From Ranitomeya imitator (taxonomy: Eukaryota): a DNA stretch of 64,000 bases. The stretch lies in the NCBI RefSeq assembly GCF_032444005.1, contig NC_091287.1, positions 246,264,001-246,328,000 on the forward strand, in the 5' to 3' direction. Under the pieces are notes generated by a model that searched no databases, was not told the DNA's origin, and worked only from the letters and a program-made list of their open reading frames with translations. The position numbers were made by a program, and so were the translations under genes. This document shows positions 50,271-62,822 of the stretch, in pieces; position 1 is the first letter of the stretch; each line of letters opens with the position of its first letter.

Positions 50271-51246
50271 TATTAAAGCACCATTTTATCATTACCATTA
50301 ATGCTGTACTATTATTTATTAATTTTTTATGCTTACTGATTTAGCGCCATTAATTCTACAGCGCTTTACAGACATGAGCATCACTGTCCCCATTGGCGCT
50401 CACATAACAGAACATACAATCTCCTTACAATCTCCAGTGCTGCAAAGCTACAGGTCTAATCACTGAGCCACTGTGTTGGCTATGTGTTATTGTTGTATAA
50501 GTTGGCAGTATGAGTGGGCTGCAGTTCATTCTCTCACTTCGTAAGTGTCTATTCTGCTTTGCACTTTTTCCTCCGACAGGTGAATAAATAAATCAAAGAG
50601 CCTCGTATGTATAAAGAGGATTATTCTGAATTCTCCAACAAGCCTAAACATCCCCAATCTTCTTTTGTTGTCATTTTAGATTGGAAGAAAGTGATTGAAC
50701 GTTTCAAACCTCTGTTGTCACTTTTGGTTTTGTCTAAGAGCAGGACATTTTAATTAATTTTCTCTGTCAGTTCTATATTTCTTGGTTGCAACAGCATAGA
50801 GTAGCTGTCATGGTTCAAAGACTCAAATAAATGACATTTGAGGTTTATGGACCAAAAAAAATGACATTGTAATGGAAAAGTTCTGACTTGTAAGATTGAG
50901 TTCTTGTTGAAGAATTTTAGTCCAGTACCTCTCAAAGTGCCATAAAACTGTCAGGCTTTCGGTGGCACCTTAAAAAATAACGGAACAATAAGGATATTAC
51001 TTTTTACACCTGTTTTAACAGCGATGATCGATATCTCCTGCAATATGACTGCAGTATATGAGTGTACCTATGTGCCCACCCTTTGCCTCCAAAAGATGTA
51101 GACAGAATTTCTTATTTAACCTTTCCAACTACTACCGAAAGTATTGAAATCCTTATTTGTCCTCCCTTGATATCTTTTTAAAAATTCTTCTGTTAGCCAC
51201 ACGCATGATAGAGAGAATGATTATTGTGCACAATAATTCATATGCT

Positions 51247-51535
51247 GGGCAGCACGGTGGCGCAGTGGTTAGCACAGCAGCCTTGCAGCGCTGGAGTCCT
51301 GGGTTCAAGCCCCACTAAGGACAACATCTGCAAAGAGTTTGTATGTTCTCTCCGTGTTTGCGTGGGTTTCCTCCGGGTACTCCGGTTTCCTCCCACATTC
51401 CAAAGACATACTGATAGGGAACCTAGATTGTGAGCCCCAACGGGGACAGCGATGAAAAATGAGTGCAAACTGTAAAGCGCTGCGTAATATGTTAGCGCTA
51501 TATAAAAATAAAGATTATTATAAAGATTATTATTA
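51247..51535 (+). mobile_element. Full-length tRNA-derived V-SINE with an L2-like 3' tail
   Basis: A box TGGCGCAGTGG (51258), B box GGTTCAAGCCC (51302), V-domain tttgtatgttctctccgtgtttgcgtgggtttcctccgggtactccggtttcctcccac, and tail ctgtaaagcgctgcg...tagcgctatataaaaataaa(gattatt)n. Confidence 0.9.
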
Positions 51536-51672
51536 TATGTTACAAAGATAAAAAAAAATAGTGGAAATAATTCAAGTCTATTGAGTATCAAAAGTCTTAC
51601 AGAAAAGAACATTGTACATTTTGTTGCTTTTGTGTCAGTCAGAAGTATGGCTGGGGGATGGGGGAGGCCTTA

Positions 51673-52388
51673 AGGTACCTTCACACTAAACAATGCTGCA
51701 GCGATACAGACAATGATCCGGATCGCTGCAGCGTCGCTGTTTGGTCGCTGGAGAGCTGTTACACAGACAGCTCTCCAGCGACCAACGATCCCGAAGTCCC
51801 CTGGTAACCAGGGTAAACATCAGGTTACTAAGCGCAGGGCCGCGCTTAGTAACCCGATGTTTACCCTGGTTACCATCCTAAAAGTAAAAAAAAACCAAAC
51901 GCTTCATACTTACCTTCCGCTGTCTGTCCTCGGCGCTCTGCTTCTCTGTACTGGCTGTGAGCACTGCGGCCGGAAAGCAGAGCGGTGACGTCACCGCTCT
52001 GCTTTCCGCCCGCTGTGCTCACAGTGAGTGCAGGAAAGCACAGCGCCGGAGGACAGACAGCTGAAGGTAAGTATGAAGCGTTTGTTTTTTTTACTTTTAG
52101 GATGGTAACCAGGGTAAACATCGGGTTACTAAGCGCGGCCCTGCGCTTAGTAACGCAATGTTTACCCTGGTTACCAGCAAAGACATCGCTGAATCGGTGT
52201 CACACACGCCGATTCAGCGATGTCAGCGGGAGAGCCAGCGGCCAAAGAAAGTTCTGGCCTTCTAGCCCCGACCAACGACATCACAGCAGGATTCTGATCG
52301 CTGCTGCGTGTCAAACTGAACGATATCGCTAGCGAGGACGCTGCAACATCACGGATCGCTAGCGATATCGTTTAGTGTGAAGGTACCT
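51673..52388 (-). mobile_element. Harbinger-type MITE (AGGTACC family), opposite orientation to 44136 and 48272
   Basis: TTA|AGGTACCTTCACACTAA ... TTAGTGTGAAGGTACCT|TTA; the interior is the reverse complement of the 48272 copy. Confidence 0.9.
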
Positions 52389-52690
52389 TTAGTGTATTAC
52401 ATACCCAGGGTGTTGAATATTTATAATGTTCTTATATAATTTTGGTAATGATTTTCTTCAGTTGCGCCAGTGTACTTTTTATATAAAGTGGATTATTTGA
52501 CAAATTTACCAAGCTTTACAGCACAATGGCGATTTTCATGTAATACATAATATGAAAAAGTAGTAGGACAAACCTCAGACTGATGTTTCATGATGTCTCT
52601 TTTTCCAGACCAAACTCTCGTATTTATAAAATCTGATTTTGTTTTCCACATTGTAAACCTAACAATATGAAGCTTTCATTTATTCTTTAG

Positions 52691-52885
52691 GACCTGCATC
52701 TCATCTCTATGCTGGTGGACAATGCTACGATTGGTGAATGGAATCTTCAAGGACTTCCCAGCGATGACCTCTCTATTCAGAATGGAATCATTGTTACGAA
52801 AGCATCTCGCTTCCCCCTTCTTATAGACCCACAAGGTCAGGGTAAAATCTGGATTAAGAATAAAGAGAAGAACAATGAGTTACAG
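52691..52885 (+). CDS. DNAH5: DNAH5-like internal exon (start of AAA5)
   Basis: Acceptor ctttAG|GAC and donor CAG|GTAAGA; 195 bp. Encodes [65 protein letters not shown]. Confidence 0.96.
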
Positions 52886-53230
52886 GTAAGATTAAGAAAA
52901 CTTTATTGCCATATACCAATTGCTCATGACTCTGCATGAACCAGAAGAATTACTTCAACCTTGGGTTTGCCTAATCGTATCTCACTTATAACACTGGTAT
53001 TCTCTTGTGTGTACGAGTGGTTATAGGGTACCCTGAGATACCAAAGCTTAAAGAGAACTTGTCACCGGCTCAAAAGTGGCCAGTTTTTACTATTATTCTA
53101 TTCCTACTGCTCCCCTGAGTATGCCATTTTTTAAATCTGTGAGATATGGTTCTTTATATTTAGAGCAAATTTTATGATCTTTACCACAAGGGCTGTTTTT
53201 TTGAGTGCGTATCTTAGCATTACTCTGCAT

Positions 53231-53533
53231 TAGTGATGACCTAGTATACTCGTTACTTGAGATTTCCCGAGCATGCCCTCCGAGTATTTTGGCCTGCTCG
53301 GAGATTTAGTTTATGTCTCCGCAGCGGCATGATTTGTGGCTGCTAGACAGCCTGAATACATGTGGGGGTTGCCTGTTTGTTAGGGAATCCCCACATGTAT
53401 TCAAGCTGTCTAGCAGCCAAAAATCATGCAGCTGTGTCGACATAATCTAAATCTCCCAGCACGGCGAAATACTCGGAGACCACTCGAGCATGCTCGGGAA
53501 ATCTCAAGTAACGAGTATACTCGCTCATCACTA
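53231..53533. mobile_element. hAT MITE (303 bp) inside a T2-type MITE relic
   Basis: TAGTGATGACCTAGTATACTCGTTACTTGAGA ... TCTCAAGTAACGAGTATACTCGCTCATCACTA; TSD ctctgcat/ctctgcac. Confidence 0.85.
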
Positions 53534-54457
53534 CTCTGCACTATTGCACTATATTCAATGCCCCCTTGGTAAAGACCATAGAAATGAGAATTTTATAAAA
53601 AGGCCCATATCTCTGGAACAGTTTGGTATAAAAGAAAGAATTCTCAAGCAAGCAGTGATAATAAACTAAGTGCAAAAGTGGTCAGTTTTAATCAGGTCCA
53701 CTATAAGTGCAACCGCAAACCTCTACATCTTCTATGGTTTTGCTCCGTTATATGTAGTAGATTAAGACTATTGTTTTAGTTCTGAACAAAAATCTATGAC
53801 AAAGGCATTCTTTTTAATTTGCATCCTATTATTTTAGTTTGATCCCCATTGTCAGTGGCTTTATGATGATAATAACCACCCTTCCCTCTTTCCTGTGTAT
53901 CTCCGTTTCACTTAAAAAAGTTGTGCCTGCAGCTTGGTAATTAACACTGAATTCTGATGGCCCATATGTTGTTAATAAATCTATCAGGAAGCCATAAACA
54001 TGAAATCCCAATTATAATTTTATTTATCTTATTCTTTGTTACAGAACATAAAACCCAGCCACATGCTGTAAAGTGCTAGGTATAGTTCTGAATATCAGAT
54101 TAGGCTTGGCAAACGCTTTTGTATTTTTTTTGCACATCTTATTTTTTCCTGCACTTTCTCTATCATTATTACATTTATATGAAATTATCATTGTATAATT
54201 TCTTATGAGGACTCCATTAACTGAGTCAGAGGTCAATGCTGTTATTATAGAACATTCTGGAACGGTAGTGTAATATACATCTTCTGCAAATATATGTATT
54301 CATAGTGTAATATATGGTTATATTAAGGTTACAGTATAGCTTTCACACATACTTTGGAGTAGTAAATATGAAGATACAAAGTAACTTAATGAAAACGAAA
54401 AATAGAAAAGATATAGAAAAGGCTTTTTGATTTCTTCCATTTGTTCTCTAATCCCAG

Positions 54458-54613
54458 GTGACATCCCTGAATCACAAATATTTCAGGACCCACTTGGAGG
54501 ACAGCCTTTCTCTGGGAAGACCACTCATGATAGAAGATGTTGGAGAAGAACTTGACCCGGCACTTGATAATGTTCTGGAGAAAAATTTCATTAAATCTGG
54601 CTCTACCTTCAAA
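54458..54613 (+). CDS. DNAH5: DNAH5-like internal exon (AAA5)
   Basis: Acceptor cccAG|GTG and donor AAA|GTAAGA; 156 bp. Encodes [52 protein letters not shown]. Missed by the ORF track. Confidence 0.96.
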
Positions 54614-54984
54614 GTAAGATGATAATATATTTTTACGTATAATTATGTTCAGAATTCTGTGTTTTTCAGCTGGAACCATTTATAGACAGAAGCAACCCAA
54701 CTTCGCTAACATCTGCGTAAAAGTTTTGGTTAAAAATGGAAATCAAGACCTGTGGCCAGACAGAACCGACACCAACAGTGCTCAGCACTTCTCAGTGACT
54801 TATAGTGATGGCCAAAAATTTCTGTCAAGTGTGATATAATCTGTGACTGAGGCTTTAAATGGAGGCACAGACACATTCTTAGCTGAGCTCCAATAATACC
54901 ATAATCTTTACAAAGTGCAAATCACCTTCAAATGCTAAATAAGAGGCTACAACTGATAAATATAAATTGTCTGATTTCTTGTAG

Positions 54985-55167
54985 GTAAAAGTTGGTGATA
55001 AAGAAGTTGATGTTATGAAAGGATTTACTCTTTATATTACAACTAAACTGGCCAACCCGGCCTATACCCCTGAAATCAGTGCCAAGACAGCAGTCATTGA
55101 CTTTACTGTCACCATGAAAGGCTTAGAAGATCAGCTCCTTGGACGTGTGATATTGACCGAAAAGCAG
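54985..55167 (+). CDS. DNAH5: DNAH5-like internal exon (AAA5)
   Basis: Acceptor ttgtAG|GTA and donor CAG|GTATGG; 183 bp. Encodes [61 protein letters not shown]. Confidence 0.96.
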
Positions 55168-55815
55168 GTATGGAAACTGCTAAACTTAGGTCATCTATAA
55201 GCATATTTTATTATGTATTGTTTTTGAATGTACCTGCACATGTCCAATATCTTTCAGTCATATCAACTTTTGCAATGGGTGTTAAAAAAGTTTTGGACAA
55301 ACAATTTATTAGGGAAAGGATGTAAAAAAGCATTTTTTTTTCTTTTTTCACTTCCTTACTTGTGACACCAGAAAAAGGTGATACTAAAATTGCTACAGTA
55401 ATATCTTTAAAATATGAAATCCTTTTATAATTGGATTAAATTTGTGATATAAATGGTAAAGGGCTCATGAAAGGCTTCCTCACAGCACATCATATTATAT
55501 ATGATTATTTTCAACAAAAAATGGATTGAAAACAAACAAGTAATGATTGTACAAACATCAGCTATCTACCGTAAAATTGAAATCTGTTGAAAGAAAATAA
55601 AATATTCAATTAGCTGTAAAGTTAGAGGCGTTTTTGTATTAACATTCATGCATTCATTTATCACTAAAAAAATACATTACATGGCCAAAATGTATGTTGA
55701 TCTAGTACTCCCAGTGGAGTGTTACTGAAGTCCTAAATGACTTTCAATATAGAACAGTTAGGCAGCTTCCTCTCTAATAACTATATTGATACACTTCATA
55801 CCCTGCTATACTTAA

Positions 55816-56595
55816 AGGGGTTGTTCCCTTTCAGATAATGTTTTGCCCCGGCTAAAGTTTGTTAAAGGGAACTAGTCACCTTTAAAATCTCTTATTTTAT
55901 GTTCTGGGGGAGGACAAATAGTACAGATGACCCAGAAGTAAAGCCCGAAAGTAAAGTCCTCAGCGGGACATAGTGAAGTACGCCTGTGCAGGAGCGAGAT
56001 TGGGACACTGTGAGTATGACGTTGGACGCGTCATCCACATCAAGCAGTGCAGGAGGACAGTGCTTGGGATAGTATTGGTGTCGAGCACTACCAGTGAAGC
56101 CTTTTGAACCAGACCGTTCAGCACTGGGAGATTATAAAAGGTATTTTTTTAATAAGCAGAGGGGGTTGGGGACTAATAGGGGACTTATATACAGGTGGCT
56201 AGACTACTGAAAAAGAGGCGTTAAAGGTGGTTGCCTTCAGTTATGTTGGGAAAACCTGGTGATGGGTTCCCTTTAAAACAGAACAAACTACCTTGTATTA
56301 ACCTTCCACGGGTTTACCGGTGAGTCTCTGCCACTACTTCTGGAGTCTGGTATTGGCTGCGGTGCTAACATCACATTGACAGCATAGCAGACACTCAGTG
56401 AGCTCGTTCAGAGAAGTGGGGCTTTCTGATTGGCTGCCACACTGTCTGTGACCTCAGCAACGCAGCCAATGCCAGACACTAGGAGAAGTAGTGCAGACTC
56501 GCCAGTGAATCCAGGGAAAGTGAGCTCAGCACAGTTTGTTATTTGTTAACACACTGGAACTTGGACAGGACATTGTTTGGAAGGGAACAACCTTT
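55816..56595. mobile_element. Kolobok/T2-type MITE with a second T2-type MITE (55866-56272) nested at a TTAA
   Basis: Outer TTAA|AGGGGTTGTTCCCTT ... AAGGGAACAACCTTT|TTAA; inner TTAA|AGGGAACT ... GGGTTCCCT|TTAA. Confidence 0.7.
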
Positions 56596-58872
56596 TTAAT
56601 TGTAATGACAAGAGGTAATACTTAATAGCATTAAAGGAAACTTTCACCAGGTTTGTCCTATGTGAAATAAGGCCACCACCTTTCAGCCCTGATATACAGC
56701 ACTCTAATATGCTATATATATGCCCCCAATCCGGCCTGCAAGACAAGAAAAATACCTTTTATAATATTCACCAGTCCAATGGACGTTGCTGGTCTTGGTC
56801 CGGTGCCTGCATACTACGTCATCCACACAACGTCCCCAGCATCGCACTCTTGCATAGTCATACTTTTCTGCCCTGACCAGGGCATAGTCAAGTATGGCAG
56901 TGCGCATGTAATGGGGCTCTTTGACCTTTCCCATTGCCTGCGCACTGTAGTACTTTGCTCTGCCCTTGACTGGGCAGAGAAAAGTATGCCCATGCAGGAG
57001 TGGGATGCTGGGGACACTGTGTGAATGACATAGGACACGTCATCCACACTGTAATGCCCACAGAGTGGGACAAGGTATAGTGGACTCACTAGACCACTGA
57101 TGGTGCAGTGGCGGCTGTATACCCGATACTCAAAAGACAGGAGAGTGGATCTCATAAACCAAAAGCTATTTATTAAAGTAAAAATAAAAAGGGAAACTGA
57201 GTCAGAGGGAAAGAACCTCTGGATCATAACACTGTACCACCTAGTGGAGCACCGGGCTAGGTGTACCCCTATACAGGGATTCCCCCGTCACAACACCAGG
57301 TGGCCTGAATGCCACGAAACCAGGACCAGAGGACGACCCATACTGACAATCTAGCAACACAGTAGAATACTTGGGCCTGCTGGTGGAGAGAATCCCAGGA
57401 GCTTCATGAAGTCCAGAAAGGTTGATCCCACCGGTAGCTGGGTCAGGAGGGTTCCGTGAGAAGAGGCAAGACAACTTGGAGTGGGAACCGGAGAGACCAG
57501 AGGAGTCCAGGATGGGAATCGCCAGAAGAGGACTCTGTGAAAATAGAGGTATCATTAAGGTGCAGAGCACAGCAGAGTGTGGCCTGAAGCTGGGGCAACT
57601 ATCCAGAGAATGAACACGTTGCCCAGGCACCTCCCATAAAGGGAGGGTGCTTTTTATGCACAGAGCATCATGACACAGCGAACAGGTGTCCTGCTGTTTT
57701 AAGTATGTGCAGGAAGCGGGGCGTGGCTCCTAAGATCATTTCCAGGATACCTGCCAAGAGGATGCAGGTTCTTAGCAGAGAAAGGAGCCGCTGAACGTTT
57801 GGAGCCATGGACAGGGTGAGCAAAGCTGTGTAATAGGCGCCAGCCTCCCTGCGCAGCGGAGACCGGACCTGCGGCTGAGGGCATGACACACACAAAGCAA
57901 AAATGAGGAAGGCATCGCAGGAAGAGAGGAGACACCGGACCAAGACAGCAATGCCCATCGACCCTTACTTTTCTCATTCCTTTCAGTCAAAATCCATAAC
58001 ATTTTTTAAAAATTACTGTAATTAACAAGACCAGATGATGGTTTGTTTGTATCTACACCAATAGTAGTTTGAATGCGAGGTAACACAAGATAGAAATTAA
58101 AAAAATTTTTATGAGGAGTGCTCACACCCACAAAGCTTACTGACAGAATGGAAGATGAAAATAAAAAAAGAAATCATATATAAAAAACTAAAGCAATTTA
58201 TCTATGTGAGTGGCTGGTTACCACCACTCACAAATATTCCAAGATGATCACCTCTCATTATCTAGGTATTTACTTCAATCCACACCAGTTTCCTCAATCA
58301 GGATCCCATTTCAATATGGGAGCAAAGAAAAAACAATAAAAAGTTTCTGATAAAATCGAAAGCATACACAGCCACTGATTGTATTAATTATCTTATTACT
58401 CACTCACCTTAGTTAGGATAATTAATTCCACCAATGGGTGCATATTTTGCTGTTATGTCTCCTCTCATTTTTTTCATTAAAACTTTGTTTTTTATGCTCC
58501 TATGAATGACAGTGTACTGGAAAATGGGAAAAAAATTCCCAGTGCAGTGAAATAAAAAAAAAAAACAACAAATCCACCATTGTTTTGGGGTTTTGTTTAT
58601 ACAGTGTTCATTGCCTGGTAAAAATGACCTAGTATCATAATTTTTTAAGTCAGTATGATTACACTAGTAATCTTGGTTCTTGAGACCATTAAGGCAAGTA
58701 ACAGAGACAGTAGTCAGTACGTGAATGTAAGTATGCAAATCATATTTGCGGTTATGTGACGAGCAGGGGAGACCTCGCAATGTATAAATTACATTCTGTT
58801 AGAATTCATGATGTTGTAATTACTTGCAAGTTTTGTCCCCGAAAAACCCTTTTAGCTACTTCTGGACTATAA

Positions 58873-59806
58873 GGGTATGTGCACACATCCGGATTTCTTG
58901 CAGAAATTTCCTGAAGAAAACCGGAAATTTTCTGCAAGAAATCTGCATTTTTTTTTTGCGTTTTTTTTGCGTTTTTCTTAGCATTTTGCAAGCGAAATTA
59001 GCTTGCAGAATGCTAAAGTTTTCCAAGCGATCTGTAGTATCGCTTGGAAAACTGACTGACAGGTTGGTCACACAAACATAGTGTTTGACAAGTGTGACCA
59101 ACTTTTTACTATAGATGCTGCCTATGCCGCATCTATAGTAAAAAATAGAATGTTTAAAAATAATTAAAAAAAATAAAAAAAATGGTTATACTCACCCTGC
59201 AGAAAGCCGACCTCCTCAGCGGCGTCCATTCCTATAGATGGTGTGTGTGTGCAGGACCTTCGATGACGTCGCGGTCACGTGAGCGGTCATGCGACCAATC
59301 ACAGGACCGCGACGTCATCGTAGGTCCTTCACACAGACCATCTATAGGAACAGAAGCGGCAGCATGCAGCGCAGAGAGTCGGGAAGACATCGGGGCCATC
59401 AGAGGGTAAGTATATGACTATTTTTTATTTTAATTCTTTTTTTTTACTAATTATATGGTGCCCAGTCCGTGGAGGAGAGTCTCCTCTCCTCCACCCTGGG
59501 TACCAACCGCACATAATCTGCTTACTTCCCGCATGGTGTGCACAGCCCCATGCAGAAAGTAAGCAGATCAATGCACTCCTAGGTGTGCGGAATCCCCGCA
59601 ATTCCGCATTTTTAATGAACATGTTGCTTTTTTTTCCGCAATGCGATTTTTTTCGCGGGAAAAAAAAGCAACATTTGCACTAGAAATGCGGAATACACTG
59701 TAATTAATAGGAGGCATATGTAAGCGTTTTTTACGCGTTTTTATCATGTTTTTATAGCGAAAAAACACGAAAAAAACGTGAAAAATCCTGAACTTGTGCA
59801 CATGGC
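58873..59806. mobile_element. Harbinger-type non-autonomous element
   Basis: TAA|GGGTATGTGCACAC ... TGTGCACATGGC|TTAA; the right TIR is imperfect. Confidence 0.65.
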
Positions 59807-59897
59807 TTAAACGTTCAGGCAGTCCACTCTTATCTCTGCACTGAGGCAGTTCACTCTTATCTCTGCACTCATGTCTTCAAAGGTCAGTGCATTCTAA

Positions 59898-60312
59898 GGG
59901 TACCGTCACACAGTGGCATTTTGATCGCTACGACGGCACGATCCGTGATGCTCCAGCATCGTAACAATATCGCTCCTGCGTCGTAGACTGCTGTCACACT
60001 TTGCAATGTACGACGCTGGAGCGATAATTTCATGACATATGTGCGATGTAGAAGCCGTTGGTTACTATGCGCACATCGTATACAATATCGTGCACACCTT
60101 TGTCACACCATGCGATCATGCCACCACAGCGGGACACTAGACGACAAAAGAAAGTTTCAAACGATCTGCTACGACGTATGATTCTCAGCGGGGTCCCTGA
60201 TCGCAGGAGCGTGTCAGACACAGCGAGATCGCTGGAACGTCACGGATATATCGCTGGAACGTCATGGATCGTGCCGTCGTAGCGATCAAAATGCCACTGT
60301 GTGACGGTACCC
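59898..60312. mobile_element. Harbinger-type MITE (415 bp)
   Basis: TAA|GGGTACCGTCACACAGTGGCATTTTGATCGCTACGACGGCACGATCC ... matching long right TIR ...GTGACGGTACCC|TAA. Confidence 0.92.
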
Positions 60313-62101
60313 TAAGAAACTTTCACTAGATTGTGATGCTGTGGGGGAGGGAAGCTGCTGTCCCACTCAGCCAGACACCCCAAAGAGAAGGCAGACATTG
60401 TTTCTTTGCATGTTTACCCTCTTGATCTCTGTATATGAAGGGGGGTACAGGGCCAGTTTACTGTGGCCAGAACTGAGTTCTCTTTGCCCTGAAACCCCTC
60501 TTCTAAACAAGAGTCAGACAGGTGTGTAGAGTTGTGTTGTGAGGTACTTTCTTTACACATTTGTAGTGTGAGAGTCCATGTGAAAAACAGACATGTATAT
60601 CCTATTATTCTTTATATCTTCCCCTGGTATCCGCAAAAGAAGGATATAAAAATGACATAAAAATGAATCCCCATGTGTTGCGGAAAAAAAGAAACCAAAA
60701 TTATTTGAATATCCAAACAAGGAGCAATTATAGAGTCATTAAAAACTCATGTACGATAAAATCTGAAATGACCCTGATCAGGAAGGGGGGGAGCGGGGGG
60801 GTCCTTTATATTGACCACATTATGTAATGAAGATTTTAAAAAAAAAGACCGTGAAAATGTCATAAAACCATGGAAAATCCCTCCCGGAAAACAAGGGTAG
60901 CCGAAACTGTAGGAAAAACACCCAGGAAACGTCCAAAAAAAAACAATGACAGAAAAGATATTTCAGAAAAAAATGCCAGTTTCCTGGAGAGTCTCCTGCT
61001 TTGTCTGAGTTTAAAAGAAGTAATGTGCTTTTATAGCAGCACAGTGACGAGAACCATTTATGGATGAGATGTTTCACCACTGGCCGTTTGGTTGACGATT
61101 ACACCTATTTCTATCACTTTTAGTATCCTGTTATAAAATGATTTTCCCATTGTTTCAGCATTGCTCTGGCATATCTCCTTCGCAGTGTATTTAGTGCTAT
61201 TTAAAGATAATGAAAAAATGGTCCATCAGGCGTTGGCATGTACACCCACATATGTGATATCCATAGAAACCCCGGGAATAGATCAAAGTGTGGTGTAATT
61301 CAAGATCTGAGAAAATCGGTTTCTCAAACACTTCATAACATTTTACATGTTAGCAAAGCTTTACACAATATCTTTGCGTATTTATTCCCATCATTCATTC
61401 CACGATGCCTCTGCAGTGCAATAAAGATCTTTCTCTGTAACGAAACAATTGGAAAGGATGAAAGTGTACCATGGTGCTCCATCTGGCTACTTATTTCTTT
61501 ATTGTAATGTTCAATGCTTCTGGCAATACAATCCATATTCCCTATACAGTCCTGTGAATCCTGCTGCTGCTATGGGCATTTTAATAAATGCACTTATGAG
61601 AGTAAGCTGAAACATTTACAATATAATTGAAGCACAAATCAAAGCTTTGGTGCAAGAAAAATTCCAGAGTTTGATTGTATTCACACAATGTTAGGTGTCT
61701 TGTTCACTAGTGTTCTTTTATGGTGTTGTTAACCTGGAAAATATTTCATAGGTCAGGGGGGTACATAGACATTATGGGGTCCCAGAGCAAAAGCCCTGAT
61801 TGGGCCCACCCCCCTAAAAAATTAGTAATATTCAGCAGGGTAACAGAATAACATATCAAACAACTTTGCAGCCCTTGAGGGTTTTTATCACTAGGACATT
61901 ATCATTGCTAGGGCTAACTGCCATGTGCTAGGTTGTCCGACTCTGCCCCCTCCTGCGATAAGCACCTCACTGTCTATAGCTATGTACACAGAGACCCTGG
62001 AGTGGGTGGGGTTAGCTGTGGTGTGGGTGGGGTTAGCTTTCACAGCTTAGCTGCATTGCCAAATCTAAGAACTCTGATTGCCTCACAACCCATTCAACTT
62101 A

Positions 62102-62516
62102 GACTGCTTTCACACAAGCATACGGGAGGGCTGCGGATGGCAGCGTACTTCCTCCCTTCCTCCATGAAACCATGCCTACGCTCCGCCTACTTCTCCTTGC
62201 GTCCTGCGTTGCCCTGCATACCTATCTTTATCATCGGGTACGCAGGTCATGCAAATGTATGCAGATGCCTCCCCATGCACCGTATTGAACTGCGCAGAAC
62301 GTAACATGTTGCATTTTGTTGCGGTCAGCGCAGCGTCAAAATGGCGCATGCAGAGGCATCTGCATATATTCGCATACCCAATGATAAAGATAGGTATGCA
62401 GGGCAACACAGGACGCAAGGAGAAGTAGGCAGAGCATAGACATGGTTTCATGGAGGAAGAAGGGAGGAAGTACGCTGCCATCCGCAGCCCTCCTGTACAC
62501 AAGTGTGAAACCAGTC
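62102..62516. mobile_element. Harbinger-type MITE, almost wholly palindromic
   Basis: TTA|GACTGCTTTCACAC ... GTGTGAAACCAGTC|TAA; arms of about 200 bp are reverse complements. Confidence 0.88.
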
Positions 62517-62822
62517 TAAGTGATACATTATTGGATTCATTTAACAAGAACTTGTAGCAATTACAGTTACAATATAACAAAAGGAACGTTCATTGTAATA
62601 CAACTTATTGTAGACAATTTTTGCAAATTAATCAAATTATTCAAATTATATTATTCATAGGACTTTGAATTGATTGCAAGCCATTTAAGGCCAATCATAT
62701 GAGGACAGCATTTAATCCAAAGCATTTGACACTAATCTTTTAATTAATGGATAGTGTATGGAATTAAGAATTGGGAATTAAGAATTAAGTAATATTAAGC
62801 CTATATGTTAGAGGCGAATAGA

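Noticed and set aside
51247-51320. A tRNA gene
   Set aside because: The A and B boxes are followed by a V-domain and a LINE-like tail, so this is a SINE head; no complete cloverleaf is evident.
57060-57990. Possible LTR-element fragment with a 129 aa minus-strand ORF
   Set aside because: No recognisable domain, paired termini or TSD could be established.
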